A DNA stretch of 64,000 bases. Source: Hormiphora californensis. Its lineage: Eukaryota; Animalia; Ctenophora. Below the pieces are notes generated by a model. The model was not told the origin of the DNA. It saw only the letters and a list, made by a program, of their open reading frames with translations, and did no database searches. The stretch is taken from positions 6,014,001-6,078,000 of the forward strand of contig CM035358.1 of assembly GCA_020137815.1 (NCBI GenBank), in the 5' to 3' direction. Every line of letters starts with the position of its first letter. The first letter of the stretch is position 1. The translations under genes and the position numbers were made by a program. Positions 39,201 to 51,200 of the stretch are shown piece after piece.

Positions 39201-42200
39201 TGTAATTACAGTGTGAGGAGACACACGGAAATGCATCTCACAGCAGCATACAGAGAGAGCTGAGAGACTACATTTAGCCCTGTCTGGTGTAATAATCCAC
39301 TCATTCAACCACCAAACACACGACCTAATGGTAGTAGTACGAACTGTTGGTGATAATATAGCCCCACGAGGGGGCTTCGGAAATCAGTTTTTTTAACAAT
39401 TTTTGGTCCATAAAGAAGGCCGAAAATAGAGTCTGGGTCCTGGGACAATTTTGCTGACGATCGACCCCCTCTCTCTCTCTAATCATCTCCTGATGATCAA
39501 ACCCCTCATCTCCTCATCTTGTTACAACCCGACCCCCCCCCCCCACTGACTCTTGAACCCTCCCCCCTCAGATGGTGGAGATAATCAGATCACCCCAAGC
39601 AAGTGGAACACCCCAACTGGGCAGTACTACGACAGCAACTGGCAGGACAGGGGGCAGGACAAGTACAGTTAGCACTCTAACGAGAAACAGCAGTATTAGG
39701 GACTCGGAATACAACAATCGGACACTTGATAAGGTAGGGACTCGGAATATAACAATCGGACACTTGATAAGGTAGGGACTCGGAATATAACAATCGGACA
39801 CTTGATAAGGTAAGGACTCGGAATATAACAATCGGACACTTGATAAGGTAGGGCGGAGGTAAATTTAGTAGCAGTTGGAGGGTACTGTGGTAGAAGGTTG
39901 CTTTGTTCAGGAGGGGGGTGGAACAATGCAAGTAGAAGGTATGACATCTGGTATTATTGAAAGTAATAGTAAAGGTGGTACAGGGTGTCCCACTGTACTT
40001 CCTAACTCTGAAGTGAGGGGGCAAGAGCGTGACAGGAAAAGGAATTTAAATCGAGTTTATTGTTCTTGAAATGTTCATTACTAACTGCGGCACACTACCT
40101 TCCCCCAATTCTACTACACTTCCAACTGACGCAGCATACATGTGTTCACCCCTCTCCCTACTCAGAGTACCACTGCAAAGGTTTCCTCTGATTATTACAA
40201 TCTTTTTCAGAGTACTACAGCAGAGGTTTCCACTGATTAAGTATTACAATCTTTTTCAGAGTGCCACAGCAGAGGATGATTCACTGTCCCTAGCCCAACA
40301 CACCCTCTCAGTTCTGGACAGTATTGTGAGGTATCTAGATAATGGGTATGATGCTGTGACTGAAATGGGTCTTCAACCATCTGATATAACTGTCTTCTTG
40401 TCTGAGTAAGTAAATTGGCTAAAAACTGAAAAAAGTTATTACTGCTTTCTTGCATGCGCGGCTGGGGTAGGGTCACCTTTGTGCCTACCAGCGTAGTGAT
40501 AGCAAGGATGTTAATCACTATAATAATAGTGGTATGTAGTATTTACCGCTCTTGAGCCCGCACGGCGTACCACTCGGGTCTCGGTCTTCGGCACCTCAAA
40601 TCCGCACTGAAAACGAGACATGGGATTATTATGGTAATACAAGGATTGTTCTTGTCTTCCTGCGCAGATCTCTCTAGCTTTGATCTTGCATTAGACGGTA
40701 CTGAATAATAATGATCGTCCTTAGCAGTCCAGTCATATGACATATTGTGTCTCTAACGTTGCTTCAACTCGGGACCTAGAATAATGATCTTATGGTACCC
40801 CAGGGTGTTCCTGCCTATTTTCTATCCTCTTATATCAGGCAGAAGCCTTCTGCATATAGTTTCACTAGAAAGCCCGTTGGATTCCAACAAAATCCTTCTT
40901 CGGACCACGAAACATGTTGAATTGTACGGTGCTTGTATTGTTTCTGAAGTCTGCCTGACACATTGCAAGCGGCCTGTTCATACCAGTTATTTCTGTAGTT
41001 TTTCTGTAGTTTATTTATGTGTGACTGGAATTTTTTAGCATCCAAGCACCTGACATTGAATTTAGAACATTTTGTTGACTATACATATACCGGACACCAT
41101 GTCAGTGTCTTCCCCCGCAGCCCCCTTTGTTTTACCTATATCGGTATCTTTTTTGTGAAACTAATATCTCAAGTTACTAAGGAATTGCCCCTTGCTTCCT
41201 CGCATAATTTAATATCGCAAATTTTCCAGCATTATGGACGCTAATACAACGGACTTCTTTGATTCGATCCGGGATACCATTCCCATCCAAGCAACCCCTG
41301 ATGACCCGATGAGAATCAAGATCGGAGAGATAGTGCTAACAATCCTATCTCTTTTCACATGTATCGTGGGTCTACCCACTGCCACTCTTCAGGGTTACTT
41401 CCTGATTCGTGTTGCTAAAGAGTGGACTCTTAGCTTCAGTATTTACCGTGCAATATGGCTCACGGACTTCTTGATCATCTTCTGGAACATCCCTGTAGCA
41501 ATAGTTTACGCGAGGGGCCGACAAACAACAAACACGGCCTTTGTTCTAAGTAATGGTCTAGGCTGTACCCTGTGGACAATCGGATGGAGATCGCTAAATC
41601 GGGTATCTATTTTTAACATTGCAGTCCTTAGTATCACCCGCACCTACTCCCTGGTTCGACCGTTCTCCCAACCACCCAGAGTTCGAGTTGTCATGGCAAC
41701 CATTGTGGTGTACAGTGTGCTGGTCTTAGCGCAGTCCAACATCCCTCTCTGTTTCGGGGCCACATATAGGTACTATTGGGCGCTAGTGGAGTGTAAGGAG
41801 TCCGACATTGACAACTGGTACTATGGAGTTTACTTGAGCGTAGCCGCGATTGTCCAATTTATTGTCCCCATGGTTGTGGTGCCGGTGAGTTGCGGGGTAA
41901 CCATAGCAACCTTGTGGTCCAATAAGACGGCGTCAACCTCCGGTGATATGATTCGAAATCAAGCTACAACCACCATCCTTGGTCTAACTGGGATTTACAT
42001 TTTCTTCAACACACCTATGGTTCTCTATTCGGCTGTAGCAATAGTCGACTACTACGCACTACCATGGAATTCCAAGATTTTGAAACCGTTTTTGGAGTTT
42101 TTTAATGGTCCAACGGATGGTTGGTTTTGGCACTACCATCTGGCAAACTACAGCTTTAACCATAGCGTGGTGTTAAATTCCATGGCTAACATTATAATGT

Positions 42201-45200
42201 GGAGCTGTAGGTCTCGTCCAATGAAGCTCTGGATTGTTAGCTCTGGTAGAATGCTGTCCGGCGCCGTTGACCCCAGCTGAGCGCACCGCCAGACGGAGAC
42301 AGATAGTGAGGAATCACCCGTGAACACAAATATGTAGCAACTAGATTGTAGCACGTATAATGGTATAGCTCCTGGCTGACTATGGAACCTGATAATGACA
42401 GGGGACTGCAAGTATTGAAGCAAACTATTCATTCCTAGCTCGTAAGGGGAAGCAGCGGCCCAACATGCCCTATTATCTACGCTGTGTAAAGACGCCTAGC
42501 TAAGGACATTCTGGCCAACAATATTCGGATCTTATCGTGCGAGAGTGGTTGGTTTCAGCTCTTCCTTTATTAGAATTAATTACTATGTCAAAGTTGTTAT
42601 GTATGAAAAATGTATATTTTAACCAAATCTGCTACAAATGAGATTTCGTGTGTAAAACTGATCATCTAAAAGGTCACTTTACCGCAATATACCTGGTTTG
42701 GTCAGTGAGTATAACGGTCTGCTAAGGTACCCTTCTGCCTACTGACTTGTTTGCCTACCACTGACTTGTTTGCCTACCACTGGTGGGCAAACAGGCAGAA
42801 GGTATCGTCTCGTATGACGTATATCAAACTTTCCTTCGCCCATAAGATACTCAGTATTTAGCACGGGAAAGATCCAAAAAAGATGTATATGTAACCAATC
42901 AAAAATATCCCTAATTAGTCTCACTAATTAGTTAGCACGTTATTTAATTGGGTTTGGACTACTCAGTAGCCCCAAGGTAGTAATGAGACATGCCTAATTA
43001 GATTCCGTAGCTACTACGACATGTTTCACCTAATTAGATTCCGTAGCCGCTACGAATTCTTGCGAGATCGTAATGGGTCACGTTACGAGAAGGCGTGTTC
43101 GCTTTCCAATACTCATATAACACTAGGGAGTATAAAAGGTGAAACACTTTCTCTAGTTGACTAACTCTCAGTAATATACATCATGGACAATAACAACAAC
43201 CCAGCCTACTCAGCCGCTCTACTTGAACTACTCGCCCTGCTAGTGGAAACTGGTATAATGGAGGACCTCAACAACCTTGTGTCAATCATCAATTCTACTC
43301 ATGTTCCTAGCACTCCTCCTGCTACTACCACTTCAATCACCACTCTTTCTGCCACATCTACCAATTCTCTGATCTCCATCAAAAGTGAACCAGACACCTC
43401 TCTCCAGACTTCATCTGCACCTATATCTCCTCCTACTACACCTCCCTCAGTTAATCTTTCTCCCTCTACCACTTCAGTCCTAATTAATCTTCCATCACCC
43501 ATGACACTCCCTCCTACTAACAGTATCAAATTAGGACCTGTTACCAACAGGATCTCGAAAACCCTAACTCCTTCCAACACCCCACCTCCAGCACCATCAA
43601 ACACCCCAACACCCTCCTCCCGGGAACGTGTCCAGTTCATACCTGGTGTGCGAAAAGGAGTCCAAGCAGTCCACAATGGATACATCTACTGTACAAACGG
43701 CAAGAAGGAGTCCACTGGTGTCCACTATTGGGCCTGTAAGGACCGCAAGAAATACTCTCCCAACTGTTCTGGACGGCTAACAACACACGGTGATCAACTG
43801 GTTAGAGCCACACCACACTGTCATGACGCTGTATCTGGGGAGGTGTTAGAGCGACAGTTCCTGTCCAAACTCCGGAATACTACTTCCAATAGTAACGAGA
43901 GACCGAGTGTGATTATTAACCGACTTCTAGCTGAGGCACCTGAGACGATGAGAGGAAGCCTGGAAAACAAGTTCCTGAGTTTGAAGAGAAGGGTGTGGTA
44001 CCAGCGGCAGACGGATCAGAGATATAATCCCCTTTCTCGCTGAGATGTACTGTTTGATTTGATATATTCGTTACTTAGTTTGCAAAACCTCAACCCAGTT
44101 GTTTTAGTTTCAAAAGAAATTCCAGAACTTTGAACCACAATCCTCCTTTAAATTACAATCACTTTGTTATCACACCATCTCTCTCCCCAGTACCAACCTA
44201 TATAAAATATAAAAATAGGATGTACCCTAATCACACCATCTCTCTCCCCAGTACAAATCTAGACTGTGCCCTAACCACACCATCTCTCTCCCCAGTACGC
44301 TCTGGCTCTAATCACACCATGTCTCTCTCCCCAGTACAAATCTAGACTGTGTCCCAGTACGCTCTGGCCCTAATCACATCATCTCCCCCTCTCCCAGTAC
44401 AAATCTAGACTGTGCCCAGTACGCTCTGGCTCTAATCAACGCAATTTTCGACAAACAAGACGACAAACAGAGCTTCTACCACATGCTAGTGGAGTTGAAC
44501 GTGCGAGTTAACCTTGAGGTGAGATAGGGAGGGGAGGGGTGAGATGGGGAAGGGGTGAGATAGGGAGGGGAGGGGTGAGATAGGGAGGGGAGCCGAGAGG
44601 GGTGAGAGAGGGAGGTTTTTTGTGGGGGGGTGCTGAATAAGGATAGGGAGTGAGGTGTATTAGTGTTTCACACTAACAACTATTCATTGCAGAGGGTAGT
44701 GAGAGTAGTGACTCCCATTCACATGGACATAGGAGGACACATTACCGAGTTTCAACATCACATGCTCAGGTAGATTTCCTTGGAATAATCTGTCACTATA
44801 GAGTCTGTACTTTCTATGTCACTAGAGAGTAGAATCTGTACTTTCTATGTCACTAGAGAGTAGAGTCTGTACTTTCTATGTCACTAGAGAGTAGAATATG
44901 TACTTTCTATGTTACTAGAGAGTAGAGTATGTACTTTCTATGTCACTAGAGAGTAGAGTATGTACTTTCTATGTCACTAGAGAGTAGAGTCTGTACTTTC
45001 TATGTCACTAGAGAGTAGAGTCTGTACTTTCTATGTCACTAGAGAGTAGAATCTGTACTTTCTATGTCACTAGAGAGTAGAGTCTGTACTTTCTATGTCA
45101 CTAGAGAGTAGAATCTGTACTTTCTATGTCACTAGAGAGTAGAATATGTACTTTCTATGTTACTAGAGAGTAGAATCTGTACTTTCTATGTCACTAGAGA

Positions 45201-48196
45201 GTAGAGTCTGTACTTTCTATGTCACTAGTGACTAGAATATGTACTTTCTATGTTACTAGAGAGTAGAGTCTGTACTATCTATGTCACTAGAGAGTAGAAT
45301 ATGTATTATTATGTACTATCTATCTATCTACTAGAGAGTAGAGTCTGTACTAGAATCTATACTATATTTCTAAGAATACATTTCTAAATCTGTGAATTGC
45401 CACCAACTAAGTAACTCCCCCAGTCTGCACGTTTGTTACTATTAGTCATTAGACTCTAATAAGTAACTCCCCCAGTCTGCATGTGCCGGCCTCTGAGACA
45501 CCAGTTGATATAAATGACGACTCTCACTCTGCAATGCTCGATAATATCAGAATAGAGACATTAGCTGACCAGTTCACCACCCCTTGGGATGGAATGGGAT
45601 TTACCGTGAGTAATTTGAGTAGTTCAGTATTGAAACTTGTCATTTAGTACTTCAGCTGTGGTTTAGTTTTTAATATTTGGTATCAGGGAAATGTACATGA
45701 TGTGTGCGCAGCTGTAAACACAGTACACACTATCCCTGTCAAAACAAACAATATTACACACAAACAACATTGGACACTCTGCAGTATGCGGTAGAATCCA
45801 TCAATTACAAACACACAAACACAAGTAAGTACACAAACAGTTACACATTTCTCCCTAGGATCCCAGTAATAGACAGTTGGATTTCCAGACTACACCCCCG
45901 GGTCTATTGGTACTACACTGTATCAGTTACTACGTGCAGAAACACAAGGCTAAACACAGGGAGGTGAGTTGATGTGTAATTTGAATCGTGGCTAAAGAGT
46001 TGTACCATTACACACATTTCTTTCAGATAATTCTGGAACAGTTGAGGTGGGAAGCTGACAGAAGATTTCCTTTCGTTCGAGCCTCTGTTGCTGTAACGGA
46101 AATCCTTTATCAGTACCTGAAAATTGGGAAGGACTGTAAGTGTTTAAAAAGTTTCTACAAAACTTGTCAAAATGCCTCTGCAGAAACGCACACAATTCAA
46201 ATTCCCTGTTTGTCTGCGTGACGCGCGGGGTCACCATAACTTCATGTTGTCAATGTGAGCACTTTGCGTGCGCGCCACACCAACATCTCAACATGATTCC
46301 AAAAACTCAACCAATATTAATTGTTAAATAATTAGTTAATTAACATAAGTAACACTTCATCTATCATCACTGCACTCATACCGTGAAACTGCAGTTGGTC
46401 GAGACGGACCACTCACAATTATCACAGTTCAGAGACCTGTGCGACACCGGACCACATCCTCCATCCCCCCAACACCTCAACCTACACCAACCCCAACCAA
46501 ACGACTGGAGGTACCGGGTGCAGGAGGAGGGAGCGCTTCTGAGATCAGCATCTCATCGGACGAAGATGACACATCAGTGGCTCTAGAGGGAGGGGAGTTG
46601 GTGAGAGCCATCCATGTTATTGATATTGATACTAAACGGGACAGGTCTAATAGCGGCAGTGCAACCATTAGGAGGTCTATCTCAAGAGTGAAATCTCGTG
46701 CCATGCATCGGATCAAACATTCCATTCCTTCGTCACCAAATGCTCCTGAGAGAAAGATGCCACAAGGAACATCTGGAACAACAACTGGAACATCTGGAAC
46801 AACTGGAACGCCTCAGAAGCGGAGTGAGGGAAAGTGTGAACACATGTTGTACAAGTTTTTATGTTTCAAAAAGTGCGTGTGGGGCTCTTTTCGCGGTATT
46901 TTATGGAGTGAAGTGTGTGTCTCGTGTTCACTAACTGTGTACCCCCCGGTATCTCTGTTGTGCAATCCCTTGTTATTGTTATTTCGGTATTTCGCATATA
47001 AGTTATAACTTAGTAAGAATACTTTTTAGTTCACTGTATAGGTGCGTGTTTTGGTACAGGGCTGTGCTGTGTCAACCCCCATTCTATACCATATACCCCC
47101 TTCCCCAGTCCCCAGATAACTTGTTGAGCAACAGATAACAACCTCAACTCCCTTATTATTGTTATTTAACAACGGTATTTCGCATATAAGTTATAACTTA
47201 GTAAGAATACTTTTTAGTTCACTGTTGTCTGTTGTGTATTATACACTGTATATGGGTGTTTTGATGCGGGGCTGTGCTGTGTCCAACCCCCATTCTCTCT
47301 CATGTACCCCCTTCCCCAGTCCCAAATATCAACAGATAACAACCTCAACTACCGCCCCCACTTCTCAAAATAAGAACCAAATCTCCGGTCTTCCCCCTCC
47401 CTGTTAATAATAACAACCCCCTCCCCCAGATATCGGTGTCGAGATAGAGTTCCTACCAGTGGCGTTCTCCCACGACAACGTTCTATACGAGCTATTTGCC
47501 ATTGCTGCCCAACTCTTTAATACAACCTGGCACGAGATGCATGCCAAAACCAGCGACTTCAAGAAGGTACTAACACGGAATCTATGGTACCCAAATGGTA
47601 TTTGTTGTATTACTCTCCTCCTTCTGTGAGATAGGGGTGTGGCAAATAATGCCCAGATAGTAATGTTGCCTCCATCCCCCTACACTCAACAAGTAGTATA
47701 CCGGTCTTCAGTGCAGCTACGCGGGAGTAAGAGAAACCAGAGAGATAGAGAGATGGGAGATAGAGAGAGAGATGGGAGAGAGGGAAAAATAATAGATAGA
47801 GGTATGAGAGGAGTAGCTTCTAGGCAATATAATAATTGCCTGTGGGGTTATTATATTCTATGAGGTTACAAGACTTCTCAGTTATATTCTCCTGATGAGT
47901 TGCCTTGCTCGACCCTGTTCACCGCGCCCCTGATGAATTCTCTTGTAGACTTTGTATCTAAATTGTTCCAACTGGGATGTCCCTTAGTGGCCCCATCCCC
48001 TTCAAAATTGTCGGTGAAAGAAATCAAAGACATGATAAATGGGCGCAATATAAAGCAAATCAATATTTCTTTGCGTCTTTAGAGCCTTTAGAAAGCAACA
48101 TTTCTTTGCCGTAAAATACATTCACACGCAATCACGGGATCACCCACCATGTAGGAGGTTGCCTGATGTTGCCTGCCAGAGAGAGAGAGGGAGAGA

Positions 48197-48281
<85 letters not shown>

Positions 48282-51200
48282 TATTTCCATTAATATGCAT
48301 TGTGTTGTTCTGATTACAATCCTCTCCGTCATCACCGTCCTCCTCTTGTTCTCCCTTCTGTTTGTTATTTGCGTCTACAAGAGGACCCTCCGAGAGACCC
48401 GTCTAGCAGGGTGTCCGGTTGTGATTGATAAACGGTATACAGACCCGCCACGCCCAGTCGGTTATGGCTCGAAGTAGTAGCACTACTGGTAGTAATAGGA
48501 GGGTGTCTTTTAGAGGTTCTCTTAACTTAGAGGTGGGTAATGGGGGCGGTCAGATGGAAGGACGTATCTTAGTACATTATCATTAACTATTATGATTATT
48601 AGCAGTTCACTCCGCAAAACTTTATAGGGTCATCTAAGCACCCCCATGATCTCCACCCCCATCCCCCATCACCTGTCAGAGCATTGGCCTGACAGCCCAT
48701 CACTGACATGTACCCCGACATTATTAGCTCAATGTACTAACTCCCCCCCCCCCCTCCAGGATGCAGTAGTTAGTACCCCTCCCCCACTGACCTCTACAAT
48801 ATTGTAACTAACATGCCCCCCCTCCAAGTCCAGGTTGTAACTAATGTACTAACCCACTTCAGGTTGTAACTAATGTACTAACCCACTGCAGGTTGTGGAC
48901 GTGGTACTAACATGCCCCCTCCCACTGCAGGTTGTGGACGTGGTACTAACATGCCCCCCTCCTCATGATCCCCCATATCATGGCTTATTACACTAACATA
49001 TATATATCCTCCCAATCATGTTTCTAACATGCCCCCTCCAACTCCAGGTTGTGGACGTGGTACTAACATGCCCCCCTCCTCATGATCCCCCATATCATGG
49101 CTTATTACACTAACATATATATATCCTCCCACTCCAGGTTGTAACTAATGCCCCTCCCCCTCATGCAGGTTGTGGACGTGGTACTAACATGCCCCCTCCC
49201 ACTCTGCAGGTTGTGGACGTGGTACTAACATACCCATTGCCCCCTCCCACTCTGCAGGTTGTGGACGTGGTACTAACATGCCCCCTCCCACTCCAGGTTG
49301 TGGACGTGGTACTAACATGCCCCCTCCCCTCATGTTAGTAACATGTCCCCCTCCCCCTCCAGGTTGTAACTAATGTCCCCCTCCCACTCCAGGTTGTGGA
49401 CGTGGTACTAACATGCCCCCTCCCACTCCAGGTTGTGGACGTGGTACTAACATGCCCCCCTCCCACTCCAGGTTGTGGACGTGGTACTAACATGCCCCCT
49501 CCCCCTCCAGGTTGTGGACGTGGTACTAACATGCCCCCTCCCACTCCAGGTTGTAACTAATGCCCCCCTCCCCCTCATGCAGGTTGTGGACGTGGTATTA
49601 ACATGCCCCCCCCCCCTCCCACTCCAGGTTGTAACTAATGCCCCCCTCCCCCTCATGCAGGTTGTGGACGTGGTACTAACATGCCCCCTCCCACTCCAGG
49701 TTGTGGACGTGGTACTAACATGACCCCCTCCCAATCATGTTACTAACATGCCCCCCTCCCACTCCAGGTTGTGGACGTGGTACTAACATGCCCCCCTCCC
49801 ACTCATGATCCCCCATATCATGGCTCATTACACTAACATATATCCTCCCAATCATGTAACTAACATGGCCCACTCCAGGTTGTGGACGTGGTACGGGAGC
49901 AGCTGAACTACGTGTTTAGAAGCGAGAAGAAGATCAGCACGTTGGAGGAGGTGAAGAATACTTTGAAGGGTGTTCCATTCAGTAAGATACAGGAGCAGAG
50001 GTTAAAATCCCTGGAGAAGGAGTCTGTACCCATCCTGGTGAGTTAGTGGATTGTGACCCCCCTCCTATTGGTGATGCCATCCCCTATTCGTTTGCGGGTA
50101 GTGTAAGAGTGACTGCGTCACCCCCCCCCCCCCCCCATTGAGACATTTTAAATTACTGGGAAATTATGGATTCTGTTCGACAACCAATCAGAACTCGTTA
50201 TTTAGGTCACGTGACTGGTTATCAGCCAATCAGGGACCAGTATTTCCTGGTTCTGTTTGACTTTCGAGAAGCTAATTTTGTTTTTCTCAGCAACTGAGAG
50301 AAAAGTTACGCCCACAATTACAAGGACTGGTTAACAAACAGCGGCTTACTATCCTTGAAGCGGGTAAGTTTTAAAGTTAGCAATGATCGAATAGTACACA
50401 ACCCACACCAACAAAGAGTTGGAGATGAGATGAGCAGGATATTCATTGTGGTAGTAGGGTGGTTCCCTTCGCGGGGTGACGCTGCTACCCACCTGTTGAA
50501 CACAGGGAGGACACATTATCACTGAATAACCCACATTAACAACTAATTGGGGAACACCCTGTACATTGCCATTTCTAACATTCTCTCCCACTATTTTTCA
50601 GGTGAGTCATTCTCCACAGTAAGCTCCAACAGAAGGCGGCCCAGGACACTATTCTGTCGTCTATCCTCCAACCACAAGACCCTTCATTACGGATACGATA
50701 TACCTGTGGAGGGTAACACCTGTCCGAGTATTGATGAACTACCTGATAAACGTGAGTCTCACATGTGTAATACTACACATTCCTTCTTACACTGTCGAGT
50801 TTTGCACTTCTCCGCTTTGAATCAGAAATTCTGAGAGATGGCTCAGGTAGAGACTGTACAATCTGAATTTGTTGTTACTCAACAAATCTGAATCAAGACA
50901 GGACTGTAATAACAGCTAACCCATCTATGATAATTGATGAGAGTCTAGTGGCACGCCATGTTTTCTCACATTATTAACCAAATGTCCACACAGTGAATGT
51001 AGCTGATATAGAGGATGTGATATTGTGGAAGGACCAAAAGCGGCAAAGAGAGAGGGGCCTTGACTCTCCCCTTGGGTTTTCTATTGAGTACAGTCACTCA
51101 ACTACAGGACCTGAGAACGCAACAAAGCCACTTTACTTTATCTGTCAAACAAATGAGGTAGGTACAGTTGGAAATTATGTATACCATTATGATCAACCCA

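Noticed and set aside
37770-41045. Antisense ORFs in ELMO introns (37770-38057, 40543-40743, 40830-41045)
   Set aside because: Somewhat protein-like, but I could not build a phase-consistent model or recognise homology
44797-49894. CRISPR-like arrays (31-bp and 39-bp repeats)
   Set aside because: Head-to-tail units without unique spacers, no cas genes, eukaryotic intronic context
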